From positions 161,448,001 to 161,512,000 of the forward strand of contig OX597815.1 of assembly GCA_951406725.2 (NCBI GenBank): DNA of 64,000 nucleotides, read 5' to 3'. This DNA comes from Octopus vulgaris (lineage: Eukaryota). The notes below the pieces were generated by a model. That model was given only the letters and a program-made list of their open reading frames with translations. It was not told the origin of the DNA and did no database searches. Of this stretch, positions 13,019 through 28,222 are shown piece after piece (the first letter of the stretch is position 1; each line of letters starts with the position of its first letter). The position numbers and the translations under genes are program-made.

Positions 13019-13288
13019 CATTATTACTATCATCATCATCATCGTTGTTGTTGTTGTTGTTTGTTTGCATTTGCTCTTCAGTTAAAAGTTTTATTGCACT
13101 TAATATTTGCTTCTTCTTTGAAGGTTTATAAACACATGTGCACACACACAAACACACTCACACAGTCATACATGAATATATATATATATATATATACATG
13201 TGTGTGTATGTATAAATATATATATATATATACATATATATACATACAAACATACATACATACATACATACATACATACATACATACA

Positions 13289-13358
<70 letters not shown>
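12939..13358. repeat. (TTA)n, (CAT)n, (TACA)n and (TA)n microsatellite block
   Basis: Read directly from the sequence. Confidence 0.95.
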
Positions 13359-13362
<4 letters not shown>

Positions 13363-13720
13363 TTTAATTTGCTATAAGAAAAACACATTTCAAGTCATAA
13401 GTTTATTGCTGAATTATTAATAAAACCATTATAAAAACTAGGAAAATGAAATATTTGAGGGAATATTGGGAAATAAGTGTGAAAACATTTATAGGAAATT
13501 TATTTTAAGAAATTGAGAATGTTTAAATAAAATATTTACTACAACAACAACAAGAAATAATAATAATAAAAATGATTTTATTTTTATTGATTGTTCTGCA
13601 GGTTAGATATTACCACATGAAGTGACAAAATGAAACTAACTTTTAGCTCTGTGTTTATTCAATGTTATATATGCTGCACTGTACTGCAAAACACATATAA
13701 TCTATATGTATACATACTTG

Positions 13721-13754
<34 letters not shown>

Positions 13755-13949
13755 TGTGTGTGTGTGTGAACATGAAAGAAGACCATCAAGGTTCAGTTTT
13801 TAGTCCACTTCTGTTTATCAATAGGGGCAACAGAGATATCTAGTTCAAATATTCTACCTCTTTTATGTTCAAACTGGCTAGATTTGGCCTTTCATACCTA
13901 ACCAACAAAGTTTTGTTATTATTATTATTACTATTATTATTATTATTAA

Positions 13950-14392
13950 AGAAGTGATGAATTGACAGAATCATCAGAAAAGCAGGAAAAAATGCCTTAT
14001 GATATTTGTTCTGACACTTTATGTTCTGAGATCAAATCAGGCTGAAGTCAACTCTACCTTTCATACATTTGGTATCAAGAAAATAAGTACCAGTTAAGTA
14101 CTGGATCCAATGCAAATTACTTACCCTTGAAATTTCTGGCTTTTTGCCAATATTATAAACAAATACCATAATTATTGGTTTTAAATTTTGGCACAAGGCC
14201 AGCAATTTCAGGGGAGGGGATAAGTTGATTACATCAACTCCAGTGCTCAACTGGTACTTATTTTATCGACCCTGAAAGGAAAAAAAAGCAAAGCTGACTT
14301 TGGTAGAATTTGAACTCAGAAAGTAAAGATAGATGAAATGTCACTAACCATTTTGCCTAGTGTGCTAACAATTCTGCCATCTCACTGCCTTT
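13950..14392. mobile_element. Two family B SINE copies, tail to tail
   Basis: Plus copy about 13950-14160 and minus copy about 14178-14392, both with the family B core. Confidence 0.7.
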
Positions 14393-15663
14393 AAATATTA
14401 CTATTATTAAAATGTATATGACACAATTACAGTAATAATGGTGTTTAACAATTACTTTTAGCATTCTAGGTTCAAATTCTGTCACTGTCTATCCAGGTTT
14501 GTTAAAATACATACCAGCAATATACTGAGGTCAGTTTAACTGATTGTTCCCTCTACTGAAGCATTTGCAACCTTGCTCCACTTATTTACATACAAGTAAT
14601 ATGCTGTGGCCTATGGAACTGTCTATTCCTTCTGCTAAAACATTTGTAGCCTTGAGCCAGTTAGATAATTTAAATACAAATATTAGCTCAATGAAACAAA
14701 GCATGTCTTATCTCTAAAACGTTTCTTATCTGTTTCAAACAAATCAAAATAAACATATCTTAATAAGCCAGTATGTTTAACACAATATAGAATTATAACA
14801 GGCATGGCCATATGGCAATAAGTTCACCTCCCAACCTCATGGTTCTGGGTTCAGTCCTTCTGTGGAACCTTGAGAAAGTGTCTCCTACTTTAGCCCTGGG
14901 CCAACCAAAGCCTTGTGAACGGATATGATAGATAGAAACTGGAAGAATCTCATTGTATTGTTTTACTTGTTTCAACTATGCAGCTGTAGTCATGCTGGAG
15001 TAACACACGCACTCACATACACACACACACACACACATAGTTCTCCTGCTCCCATTCATGCTGCTGTACTTTCTCCTACCTCTCCAACGCCACTGTCCTC
15101 ACAGGTACCCATCATCATCCCTATCACATCCCCGACTCCTTTACCTGCATTTCCAGTAACATCATTTACTGCATCTCTTGCTCTTTCTGCCGTTCCCTGC
15201 ACATTGGTCAAATGGGATGCTGCTTGGCTGACCAGTTTTCAGAGCATCTCTGAGACATCAGACTCGGTAATGATTCCCCAGTCTCATGCCATTTCCTCTC
15301 TACCAGTCATTCACTACAACATCTGTTTGTGTTCAGACTGTTTTTGCACAGGGGCCATCCAGACTCCTACCTTCGCTGTGAACAGGAATTAATCTTCTCT
15401 CTTCGCTCTTTTGTGCCATATGGGCTCAACTCACCTCATCTCTTCACCTGACACCTATTTCCTCTCTTCATCTGAGACCTACTTCCTCTCTTCACTTCTA
15501 CCCACTTCCTCTCTTCATTGATGGCATACTTTTTTCACTGTATTGCGTGTTTGTTTCTCTTTTTCCCATTTTTGATCTTCTATGTAAATGAAGATATTGC
15601 TTTTCTTTCTACAAAATGAGAAGTTACACTGTGGAACTGTTATTTTAATGAGCTGTGTCTATT

Positions 15664-15772
15664 TATCACCTGATGAGATACGTCTGCACCGTCAGATGCT
15701 CCTGGATCAATTGTTGAGTGTCTCACCCTTGAGGGATAGATGCTGGATGTGTCAAAACAATTCTTGGGATTA
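15664..15772 (+). ncRNA. Degenerate long-stem-II hammerhead motif in a PLE-like repeat
   Basis: atcac-CTGATGA-GATACGTC..GATGTGTC-AAAA-CAATTC; the same repeat family occurs at 63790-64000. Confidence 0.5.
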
Positions 15773-15815
15773 TTAAAAAAATCTCATATATTTCATCTTC
15801 TATCTTCCATTCGCC

Positions 15816-16072
<257 letters not shown>

Positions 16073-19000
16073 TCTGTGAGTGTGTATACACTCGTGTCTC
16101 CTTGACTTGATATCACTTGATAGCTGTGAAATGATTGTTCCTGCCATACAAGCAGTGTCATTACTTTCCAATACCCTGTGAGAATATGTTTGGCCATGCA
16201 GGTTGTTGACAGGAATGGCATCCTGTCTGTAGAAAATCTGCCTCAATAAAGTAGAAAAGTGAATATCAAAATCATGATGAGGATTGTTTTCCATACTGGG
16301 CAAACATAAAGTGTCATTTCCCGGCACTATTCCATGTATCAATTTGGATGAATAATGACTTATTTATGAGACATTTATGTGAAGTATTTCCACATGTAGA
16401 TAGAGAGATTGACAGATAGAAAGTCAGAGGGAAGGATCTGATTTGATAGAGTTGAACAGACTTGTGTAAATATTTGTTATCACTTGATCAGCTGCACTGG
16501 ATTTTGTGTGATAAAAAAAAAGTGTCTTTTAATTATGAGCTGTGTAGAAGGAAGTGTGCAGAAAACAAGGAAAAGGAAATAATGGGGAATTAGTAAAGAG
16601 ATGTGGTAAAGTGCAAAGAAGAGCAAGAAGTAATCTCAGAATATTCTGGGAAACTTTAGAAATAATGAGGGAAAAATAAAAATGATTAGAAACAAATGGT
16701 GAGGAAATTGAAGAAAAAATATTTTAGAAATACAAAAAAAAAAAAACTTGAGGTAATAAACGATGAGAAAGGAAGAAATGAAATAAGTGAGAAGATCTGG
16801 TAATGGATTATGGTTCTTGCCTGAGAGCTTAAAAAATATAAATAAGGAAACTAAATTATCAAAAGTAATTAAAACGAGAGGAATGAAAAAGAATATATAA
16901 ATTCATATATAGGGATAATGTAGAAGAAATATATTCACAGATGAATGTGGAAGTGATGTGTGTATAAAAAGAGAGAGAGAGATAGAGAGAGAGGCAAGCA
17001 GAGAGAGTATTTCAATACATTTCAAGACGAAATATTTCAATCAATTGAAAAAAAGTTCAAAATTAATTCTTTTGTTACTATTCATTCAGAATTCAAAAGT
17101 TAGCTTCCTAAGTTGACACCAAAAATAGAATAATATAATCTACTTGAAAATGAAAATGGAATTTTTGAACTGGTAACATTTGATCTGTAAGAATATAACT
17201 GCAAAAAAAAAAATAATAATAAACAATAACAACAAATAACAAATAAAAATAATATAAATCATTTGTACTCAAATTAAAACGGGAAAAAAATTGACAGTAG
17301 TTGAAAAAAAGTAAACGAAATAAAAATAATATTGTTACGTATTTCAAGATCCGGAAATAATTAAAACTTGATATTTAAAACATTTAAAATTAGTATACTT
17401 ATTTTTATGCAGACTTATGACATTAATTGGCCTCCAATTGTCTTACAGAATGTTGGTAGGGAACTTTTATGGTGATTCTTGCTTTCATTATCAGTAAAAA
17501 GACATCTTTCATCTTACTTGCTTCAGTCATGCACTGCAGCCATGCTGGGGTATCACTTTGCATGGTTTAGTTGAACAAATCAACCACAGTTCTCAAGCAG
17601 TGGAGGGGATAAACACAAAACACTCAAGCACACACACACACGCACATATCATCATCATCACCCTTGTTTGCATGGGTTGGACGGTCTGACATGGAGTTGG
17701 CTAGATGCCCTTCCTAATGCCAATCACTTCGTATATATGTGTGTGAGTGTGTGTGTGTATACACACATGCACACATACACACACATGCACATACATGCAA
17801 AAGCCATCCACAAAGGACGGAGAAAGAAGAGGTGGATGGAGGAGGGAGGGGGAGACAAGGAGAGAGAAGAAAGGGAATGAGGAGGAGAGAGAAGGAAGAG
17901 AGAGGAAAGAGAAAAGAGGAGGTGGAGAGATGGAAGAAAGGAGTATTTGACTTGACTGGAAACCAATATGTGATGGTTTATTCCTTTGTATTAAAGGAAA
18001 ACACAAGTATGGCCACTCAACCCCTAAGATTATGGAAAGCATGCAAAAGTGAAAGTAAAGTAATCTATACACAATTGTTTTCTTCAATGTTTCACATTAA
18101 AATATTAAAACCTTTACAGCTTATTAAATTCCCAAAAGATTTATAACTTCCTCATATCAGTTTCAATGAATAATTAAGATATCTACCCAACTTAGAGTCT
18201 TTTTTTTTTTTTTTTTTGCTATTATTAAATTTCTTTCTCCTCTGAACTCTGTAGTAAATAAATGGAACAGCAGAATTTCAGGGCTGGTACTTAAGTATGC
18301 AGCCTAGTGCAGTATCCATAGTCTATGCTGTAAAATGACCTGAACTGGGTTAAAATCAGGGTAAGACTTGAGGATAAGGGTTAGACTGCATGCTAAAGTG
18401 CAAATGGTCAGGTACACTGCATGCTAAAGGGGTACCATCTGAGGAATCTAGTGATGAGCTGTGTCCCTCCTTCTCCTCTCTCCTTCCTCCCTCCCTCATC
18501 GTCTCTCCTCCATCTTCCCCTTCTTTCTCCCTCCTTTGTGGATGGCTCTTGTATGAATTTGTATGTATGTGTATATAAACAATTCACCAAGTGGATTAAG
18601 ATAGTTACGATGATAAAGAGCCCTACCTGAAATATCAGATATTTTCCTCTTTCTTTCAGCGAACTAAATTAGTTTATTTTATGTACAGTCTATCATAAAT
18701 AATCTACTCAATTTTTTCCAAAACTACACCTATCTATATTTACCTTTTTTCACTTCTTTTCAATCACTGATCTACAAGAATTCAACATGATTATATAGTA
18801 ACAATGTCCTTTCTTTATGTGATGTGTAAGAGAAATACAGTCTCCTCATACTCTATACTGCCAAAAACATTATAACAGTAATGGTTTCAAATTTTGACAC
18901 AAGGCCAGAAATTTTGGGAGTGGAGTAAAGTCAATTACATCGACCTCAGTGCTCAACTTATTTTATCAACCCCAAGAGGATAAAAGGCAAAGGTGACCTC

Positions 19001-19124
19001 AGTAGAACATAAAGAGGGAGAAAATGCTAGTAAGCAATTTGCTCTACATGCTAACGATTTTGCCTGCTTTCTAACTTTAAAATCATAATAATAATGCAAG
19101 GAGATACCTTTTAATTTTATCTGT

Positions 19125-19700
19125 TTTTCTTTTACATGTTCCTGTCATTGGACTGCAACCTCGCTGGGGTACTGCCTTCAAGTGTCTAGTCAAACAAATC
19201 AATCACAGTACTTTATTTTTCTTAAGCCCGGTACTTACTTTATTGATTTGTTTTGCTGAACCACTAAGTTATGGTGACATAAACTAATGCCAGGTGCAGT
19301 GGGGGACAAACTCAGCAGAGACACAGAGACACACACACATGATAGGCGTCTTTCAGTTTCCAACTGCCAAATCCATTCACAAGGTTTTGGTCAGCCTGGG
19401 GCTATAGCAGATGACACTTGCTTAGAGTACCATGCAGTGGGACTGAACCCGAGACCAAGACCATAGGGTTGGAAAGCAAGCATCTTAACCACACAGCCAT
19501 GCTTCTGCTTATATATATATATATATATATATATCATCATCGTTTAACGTCCGTTCTCCATGCTAGCATGGGTTGGACGGTTCGACCGGGAATCTGGGAA
19601 GCCAGAAGGCTGCACCAGGCTCCAGTCTTATCTGGCAACGGCCACGGTCGGATTGGTGCATTTTACGTCCCACCAGCACGGAAGCCAGTCGAGGCGGCGC
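19125..19700 (-). mobile_element. SINE A copy (19125-19503) plus family C copy (19535-19700)
   Basis: Each matches its family copies elsewhere in the window. Confidence 0.75.
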
Positions 19701-19733
19701 TAGCATATATATACATAGATATAAATATATATC

Positions 19734-19765
<32 letters not shown>

Positions 19766-20426
19766 AAATTTATATATATATCAAAAAAAGCAATAATAAT
19801 TTTATGTAACAAAACTACAAAAAATTCTTTAGCTGTTTATTTACATTCATATATTTTCTTTTATTCAGGGCATGACTTACAGAGAATTTCTTTATTTACC
19901 AGACTAACACATCCTAGTCTTCAAATAATACCTTCTATTAACTTGGTTATTTAAATAAGAGCTTTTAAGAAAAGGAGTGAATCTTTGTTTATGCTGTTAT
20001 TCTAAATGTTTCTTTATTGTAAATTAATATTTCAGATCACATGAGGGAATAAAATCACATGTCTTGAAAATGGTTATGTTAAATAATACTTGAGGTAAAT
20101 AAGTTAAGCAACAGCTAAAAGATGAGTTAGGAAATTGGTTGAGTCGACCAATATTTCCTTCATATAATTTTAATCAAATAATTTGATAGTTCTCTTTTCT
20201 TTTCTTTTCTTTCTTTGATGTAAAACGTCCAACAATCTAATAAAAATACAGCAATAATATGTGCTCAAGATGGCATAGAAGATAATGAGAAGTTCTTTCA
20301 AGTGTTTTATTGTTAGTTATGTGTGCAAATATTTGTACTTGCAAAACAACTTTGCAGGCTAATTCAATATTTTTGTTAGAGTAAATTTACTATGCATATA
20401 AGATTTAAATTATCCTTCGCATATAT

Positions 20427-20463
<37 letters not shown>

Positions 20464-21329
20464 TCATTATTGTTTTTAATTTATACTTTTTCATGCTTGC
20501 ATGGATCAGATAAAATTTGTCAAGTCAAATATTTTATGGCCTGATGTCCTTCTGGTCACCAATTTTCAACTGCTTCCAAGCTAAGTAATGGTCATCAAGT
20601 TCATTAAATATGAAAACTCAATGGCTGGGCAGGACATCATGACAAATAACATTATTTTGTATGAATGGTAACTGTTTTCTATAATCAATAAGAAAAGGAG
20701 ACTTTTATATCTATTTAGATGTAAAAACACATGAACATGTACATGCATACATCCATGCTTGCATGCATGCATCCATCCATCCATCCACCCATCCATCTAT
20801 CCATCTATCCATACATACATACATACATCATGCATGTATGCATAGGAGTTTGCAAATCCAGTACTCAAGATACACTTTCAGTTTCATACCTATTATTATT
20901 AGAGTGACAGGATACATACCAGTCCATCTGGAGCAAAATATGGTTGAACTTGGAATCTAGGGAAGAGAATGCAAATCCTTAATTCATAAGCTACAAATAA
21001 TCTCAATACCTGGGACTATAAAAATCAGCAAGACCTTATGATTTAAAAGCTGATGGCTAAATGAAGTCAGTGGCTGGTCAAAATCTACTCTAAATTAAAA
21101 AAAAGAAAGAGAAAACATACATACAAGCATGTATACACACACACACACACACATGTACATATGATGAGCTTCTCTTACAGTTTCTGTCAGTCAATTTCAC
21201 AAAGTACCATTGGTGGGCTCAGGGCCAACCTATAGAAGAAAAACTGCCTGAGGTGTTACACAATGGGATTGAACTGATATCTGCTTGCAGAGCAAACTTC
21301 TTAACCACACAGCCATATGTGCAGTTAGT

Positions 21330-21990
21330 ATTGTGAGACCATGAATTTGTGCCTGAAAAGTCTTCATTTAATCTTGTTGCTGCCACTGTAGAAACCTATA
21401 TGTGAATGCCAGTTGAAAGTCTCAGCTCTAGTGACTGCATTTGAAGGCACTGTCTTCCAATCAAGTCATGGTTCTGTTTCTCTGCTGTTTTGCCTTTCAT
21501 CATTGGCAACAGCAGCCTCTCCTCCAATCTTTTTAAATTTTTATCTCATTCCCATCTCCTAAAAGATCAATCACCTGCAATATTCTCCAACCTTTAATGA
21601 TCATGTAAACATGCTTCACAAGTCTCAAGCAATTATTAAAATGTAGATGTGGATTGTTCTTGTGTTCTCTTGCAAAAGGTCAATTCTCTATACAGCAGAT
21701 CTTACATGATCCTCCCATCTGACATGCAGTGTATATGGACCAGCCAGGAGGCTGGGTATCTTAGCACGAGTCAGGACATCCTTTTTGGTAACTTGGTCAG
21801 TCTACTTGACTTCCAGAATCCAATCCTTGGCTGCATAGATAGGTGATGAGATACTGCTCATGGGTAGAGCAGATGCTCTAGATTTCATTGCAAGTTCTGT
21901 AGACTGCCACTTTGGTATGCACCATTAGCTTACTGTCCCCCCAGATACTTATTGTAAGCCTGGGTAGCACTGTGACTGCACTACCACTGT
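21330..21990 (-). mobile_element. RTE/BovB-like LINE 3' remnant
   Basis: Minus-strand fragments KLMVHTKVAVYRTC and ILEVK*TDQVTKKDVLTRAKIPSL, typical of the region downstream of RT in RTE elements. Confidence 0.65.
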
Positions 21991-22749
21991 CTGTTAATCT
22001 CAGACTCTAGGGAGGAGTTGTCCATGATGGTACAGCCAAGTAAGAGAACTCATGGACTATCTCCAGATCACAGTTGTTGTTGGTAATGGTAGATGAATAC
22101 TCGACACCTTAATTTAGCACTTCGGTTTTTCTTTAGAGATGTTTAAGCTGATATCTTTTTCAAGACAAGTTTGTTTCAAGACAAGCTGAGCCCTTCTAGC
22201 TCTTAGTCTAAAGTCACTAAGCACTAATCTATGTTGGGTTGTACATATTATTCACTAGAGAAGGACTTCGCATACAAATCAACTGGCTATCACACTTTCC
22301 GGAGAGTATGTTGTTAATCTGGTTTGTGTGTCCGCCATATTGATAGATGGTCAGGTGCTGGCCAGTTTTCTGAAACTGAGTTGTCATTATTGCCAACTGT
22401 ATTTGATGTACTAGGCAAATGTTACCATCAGTAGCATTTTGACCAAAACCAGTAATATTATTTACTTTTAACAATATATATCATCATGATCATCATTTAA
22501 AGTATATTTTTCATGTTGGCCTGGGTTGGGTAGTTTGATATGGTTTAGTGAGCCACAGGGCTGCATCAAGCCCTAAGGGCAGCTTTGACATTTTTTTTGT
22601 TTTTTATGGCTCGATGCTGTCAGCTTTGCAGTGTGTACTGAGTACTTTAATGTATCATCTGACTAGCAACATGGCCAGGTAACCTGCAAGACAGATACAA
22701 TGGAAGGAAGAGGTATTTATATTTGCATGTAATACCAATAATATTCTTC

Positions 22750-22940
22750 AGGGCTTCCAAGCGATTCTGACAAAAGTAGATGATGCACAGTACATGATAA
22801 ACTGGTCAGATATTGAAAAATTCCACAACAACAACAGGTCCAATAGATGCATACTCTACCTAACAGAAAAACTTAATATCTATGCTGGCAAGGGTTGTGT
22901 GCCTTTAAACAAAACGACTGAACTGGTTTACAAGTAATAA
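22750..22940 (+). mobile_element. Penelope-like element GIY-YIG endonuclease C-terminal remnant
   Basis: Hand translation YMINWSDIEKFHNNNRSNRCILYLTEKLNI..PLNKTTELVYK matches the PLE pattern W-S-I..RCxLCLxEK..LNKRxEL. Confidence 0.7.
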
Positions 22941-23949
22941 CATGAGGATCTATTTCTTTCCAACAACAAATGAGATATAACTAGATCTATACAGATCAAT
23001 CACCGATGAGAAAAAAAAACTTTCACAAAATAAAAAAATTACTAGCACTTCAAATAATAAAAGTTTTACAAGAATCATCTCATAAACTTTATCACAAAAC
23101 ATATCACACACCATCATAATTATGTTTACATATAATTTTTCCATTATCATTGTTTTGGCTCATTATATCTATAATTTTTTATTAACTTAATTTTATCTAT
23201 AATTTTTATTTCATTTTTATCTGAAATATTTAAGTGCATGTATATCTACATTTATAATTATATATCTAAATATACATATTATATTTTTTCCTGTTATGCA
23301 TGTGGATTTTTTTCATTATAGAACATATACGATTTATTTTATAGTTTACACGTTTCTTTCATCATATATTATCTTTTCATTTTAAACACGTTTCTTACAT
23401 ACATGCTTCTTGTAAAATACATAATGTAATAAACATCAATATAAGTAGTGCATATATCAACGTAAACAGTATATATAACATATGTAGTAAGCATATATAC
23501 ATTATATGAAATAAAACAAAAATAGAAGAAATATAACAGAAGTGAAATATACAATAATACAATGTAATGCAATATAATGTGATATAAAAAGAGGAACACA
23601 TATAATAAACATTACATGTATCTTTTTTATATCACATTGCATTATATGTAATATATTCTTTTACATGTTTCAGTCATTTGACTCTGGCCAAGATGGAGCA
23701 CCACCTATAAGGGTTTTAGTCAAAGAAATCAGCCCCAGGACTTATTCCTTGTAAGCCTAGTACTTATTTTATCAGTCTCTTTTGTCAAACCACTAAGTTA
23801 CAAAGATGTAAGTACACCAACATTGGTGTTGTCAAGCAATGGTGGCAGGGGACAAACATAGACACAAAGACACACATGCATAAATATATATACATATATA
23901 GGGGGAGAGTTCACGAAAAAAACAAAAGACGAAGACAGGTGGTGTACAA

Positions 23950-24022
<73 letters not shown>

Positions 24023-24065
24023 TATATACATATATATATATATACATATATATATACATATATAT

Positions 24066-24107
<42 letters not shown>

Positions 24108-24108
<1 letters not shown>

Positions 24109-24427
24109 AGTGAAAGCTCATAGTTCAATGGTTTGAGCATCGAGTTTACGACCGTGTTCAAATCCTGGACCGGGCTGCATGTTGTGTTCTTGAGCAAGAC
24201 ACTTTATTTCACATTGCTCCAGCTGTAGAAATGAGTTGCGACATCGCTGATGCCAAGCTGTATCAGTCCTTAGCTTTTCCCTTGGATGACGTCGGTGGTG
24301 TGGAGAGGGGAGGCTGGTATGCATGGGTGACTGCTGGTCTTCCATAAACAACCTTGCCTGGACTTGTGCCTGAGACGGTAACTTTCTAGGTGCAATCCCA
24401 TGCTCATTTGTGACTGAAGGGAGTCTC
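24108..24427 (+). mobile_element. tRNA-derived SINE family D copy (duplicate at 26588-26906), nested in a SINE A copy
   Basis: Homologous to 41953-42297. Confidence 0.8.
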
Positions 24428-24632
24428 CATCCATATATATATATACAACGGTCTCCTTTCAGTTTCCATATATCAAATCATTCACAAAGTTTTGGTTGGC
24501 CTGAGGCTGCAGTAGAAGACACTGCCAAAGTGCCACACAGTGGGACTGAACCCAGAACCATTTTATTATATTTCTTTTTATGTTTATTTTTCTACTGTAT
24601 CATATAATGCACATAATATCTATGATATACAC

Positions 24633-25202
24633 CAGTGGTTCTCAACCAAGGACCATATGGCCTCTGGGGGTCCTTGTAAGATTTTGGGGGCTCCTTGTAA
24701 GATTTTTGGGGCCCCTTGCAAGCAAAATAGTAAATCGGGGATCTACAGTAGTAATTTAAGGGTCTATGAAAAAAGTTTTGATTTAACCCTCTAGATTATT
24801 CTGTTGAATGTAATGCTGTTTTACTCAAACTGTTTTGAATCCATCAGTCATTATCTTATAGATTCAAGCTTTTGATGCAGTGATTATTTATTTTTTCGAA
24901 TGTCAATGGAGGTTTGGTGTGAGAGGCTAGATATGGCCAGTTTGAATGTAAAACATGTAGAATATTTGGGCTGGATAAAACCAGTTTAAAATGTTAAAGG
25001 GTTAAATGTATCTGTTGTAAGAAACAGCTAAATTTCTTTCTTTAACATTTTACATAGTTCAACCTACACAAGTTAACATGTGAAAAACAAAATAGGAAGT
25101 ACCTATAAAACTCGTTTATAGACATTGAATGGATATGGAGGTCCACCAGATTAAAGTAGTAATTAAAGGGGTCCATATGTAAAAAATGGTAGAGAATTAC
25201 TG
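24633..25202. mobile_element. hAT (Charlie-type) MITE; copies at 27112-27680 and 55446-55796
   Basis: Termini CAGTGGTTCTCAACC and GGTAGAGAATTACTG; homologous to the inverted copy at 55446-55796 (CAGGGGTTTTCAACC..GTTGAAAACCACTG). Confidence 0.7.
24783..25005. mobile_element. TTAA-flanked piggyBac-like MITE nested in the hAT MITE (copies 27261-27483, 50482-50706, truncated 52552-52771)
   Basis: TTAA-CCCT...AGGG-TTAA ends and a shared internal sequence. Confidence 0.7.
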
Positions 25203-26426
25203 ATGTATACAATCTTATATATGTATGTATTATGTGTAGTATACATCAGGTCATTAAGAATGAAATGTTCGATTTTCTTATGCACCAAGTTTGACAGTTG
25301 TTAACTCTAGTGTTTTATGCTGACAATTCTTTATTTTACAACATTGAAGAGTTACATCATCACTTTTCGAAATGTAATTCATTGTGTCTGATTATATTGT
25401 GAATTTTCTCTGCTAATCGGCTTTTGTAAACCCATATTCACCATATTCACCAGACCTTGCACCAACTGACTATCGTGTTTTCCAGGCATTAGACAACTTT
25501 TTGCAAGGAAAAAAACTTCAAATCTGAAGAAGATGCAAAAACAGCCTTTCATGATTTCATCACCTCTTGCTCTCCAGAATTCTTCACTACCAGTATAAAT
25601 AAATTACTTATAAAATGGCAAAATTGTGTTTTGAAAATTTAGGTGTGTACCTTCATTAACTGCATTGCTTTTTTTTTTTTTTGAGATAAAGTAAAATAGA
25701 ATATTTAAGTGCATGTATATCTACATTTATAATTATATATCTAAATATACATATTATATTTTTTCCTGTTATGCATGTGGATTTTTTTCATTATAGAACA
25801 TATACGATTTATTTTATAGTTTACACGTTTCTTTCATCATATATTATCTTTTCATTTTAAACACGTTTCTTACATACATGCTTCTTGTAAAATACATAAT
25901 GTAATAAACATCAATATAAGTAGTGCATATATCAACGTAAACAGTATATATAACATATGTAGTAAGCATATATACATTATATGAAATAAAACAAAAATAG
26001 AAGAAATATAACAGAAGTGAAATATACAATAATACAATGTAATGCAATATAATGTGATATAAAAAAGAGGAACACATATAATAAACATTACATGTATCTT
26101 TTTTATATCACATTGCATTATATGTAATATATTCTTTTACATGTTTCAGTCATTTGACTCTGGCCAAGATGGAGCACCACCTATAAGGGTTTTAGTCAAA
26201 GAAATCAGCCCCAGGACTTATTCCTTGTAAGCCTAGTACTTATTTTATCAGTCTCTTTTGTCAAACCACTAAGTTACAAAGATGTAAGTACACCAACATT
26301 GGTGTTGTCAAGCAATGGTGGCAGGGGACAAACATAGACACAAAGACACACATGCATAAATATATATACATATATAGGGGGGAGAGTTCACGAAAAAAAC
26401 AAAAGACGAAGACAGGTGGTGTACAA

Positions 26427-26529
<103 letters not shown>

Positions 26530-26544
26530 TATATACATATATAT

Positions 26545-26587
<43 letters not shown>

Positions 26588-27718
26588 AGTGAAAGCTCAT
26601 AGTTCAATGGTTTGAGCATCGAGTTTACGACCGTGTTCAAATCCTGGACCGGGCTGCATGTTGTGTTCTTGAGCAAGACACTTTATTTCACATTGCTCCA
26701 GCTGTAGAAATGAGTTGCGACATCACTGATGCCAAGCTGTATCAGTCCTTAGCTTTTCCCTTGGATGACGTCGGTGGTGTGGAGAGGGGAGGCTGGTATG
26801 CATGGGTGACTGCTGGTCTTCCATAAACAACCTTGCCTGGACTTGTGCCTGAGACGGTAACTTTCTAGGTGCAATCCCATGCTCATTTGTGACTGAAGGG
26901 AGTCTCCATCCATATATATATATACAACGGACTCCTTTCAGTTTCCATATATCAAATCATTCACAAAGTTTTGGTTGGCCTGAGGCTGCAGTAGAAGACA
27001 CTGCCAAAGTGCCACACAGTGGGACTGAACCCAGAACCATTTTATTATATTTCTTTTTATGTTTATTTTTCTACTGTATCATATAATGCACATAATATCT
27101 ATGATATACACCAGTGGTTCTCAACCAAGGACCATATGGCCTCTGGGGGTCCTTGTAAGATTTTGGGGGCTCCTTGTAAGATTTTTGGGGCCCCTTGCAA
27201 GCAAAATAGTAAATCGGGGATCTACAGTAGTAATTTAAGGGTCTATGAAAAAGTTTTGATTTAACCCTCTAGATTATTCTGTTGAATGTAATGCTGTTTT
27301 ACTCAAACTGTTTTGAATCCATCAGTCATTATCTTATAGATTCAAGCTTTTGATGCAGTGATTATTTATTTTTTCGAATGTCAATGGAGGTTTGGTGTGA
27401 GAGGCTAGATATGGCCAGTTTGAATGTAAAACATGTAGAATATTTGGGCTGGATAAAACCAGTTTAAAATGTTAAAGGGTTAAATGTATCTGTTGTAAGA
27501 AACAGCTAAATTTCTTTCTTTAACATTTTACATAGTTCAACCTACACAAGTTAACATGTGAAAAACAAAATAGGAAGTACCTATAAAACTCGTTTATAGA
27601 CATTGAATGGATATGGAGGTCCACCAGATTAAAGTAGTAATTAAAGGGGTCCATATGTAAAAAATGGTAGAGAATTACTGATGTATACAATCTTATATAT
27701 GTATGTATTATGTGTAGT

Positions 27719-28222
27719 ATACATCAGGTCATTAAGAATGAAATGTTTGATTTTCTTATGCACCAAGTTTGACAGTTGTTAACTCTAGTGTTTTATGCTG
27801 ACAATTCTTTATTTTACAACATTGAAGAGTTACATCATCACTTTTCGAAATGTAATTCATTGTGTCTGATTATATTGTGAATTTTCTCTTGCTAATCGGC
27901 TTTTGTAAACCCATATTCACCATATTCACCAGACCTTGCACCAACTGACTATCGTGTTTTCCAGGCATTAGACAACTTTTTGCAAGGAAAAAAACTTCAA
28001 ATCTGAAGAAGATGCAAAAACAGCCTTTCATGATTTCATCACCTCTTGCTCTCTAGAATTCTTCACTACCAGTATAAATAAATTACTTATAAAATGGCAA
28101 AATTGTGTTTTGAAAATTTAGGTGTGTACCTTCATTAACTGCATTGCTTTTTTTTTTTTTGAGATAAAGTAAAATAGACTTTCAGTTCGAAATCAGACAT
28201 TTCATTCTTGATGACCTGATAC
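27719..28222 (+). mobile_element. Internally deleted mariner element (truncated duplicate at 25241-25699)
   Basis: TIRs tcaggtcattaagaatgaaatg and catttcattcttgatgacctga; encodes PYSPDLAPTDYRVFQALDNFLQGK. Confidence 0.85.

Noticed and set aside
14925-15392. 155-aa Pro/Ser/Thr-rich ORF
   Set aside because: It starts in SINE and (CA)n sequence and is compositionally biased; no family motif was recognised.
18600-18645. Possible decayed HHR (atgataa..cctgaaatatc)
   Set aside because: Neither the core nor the stems could be reconstructed.
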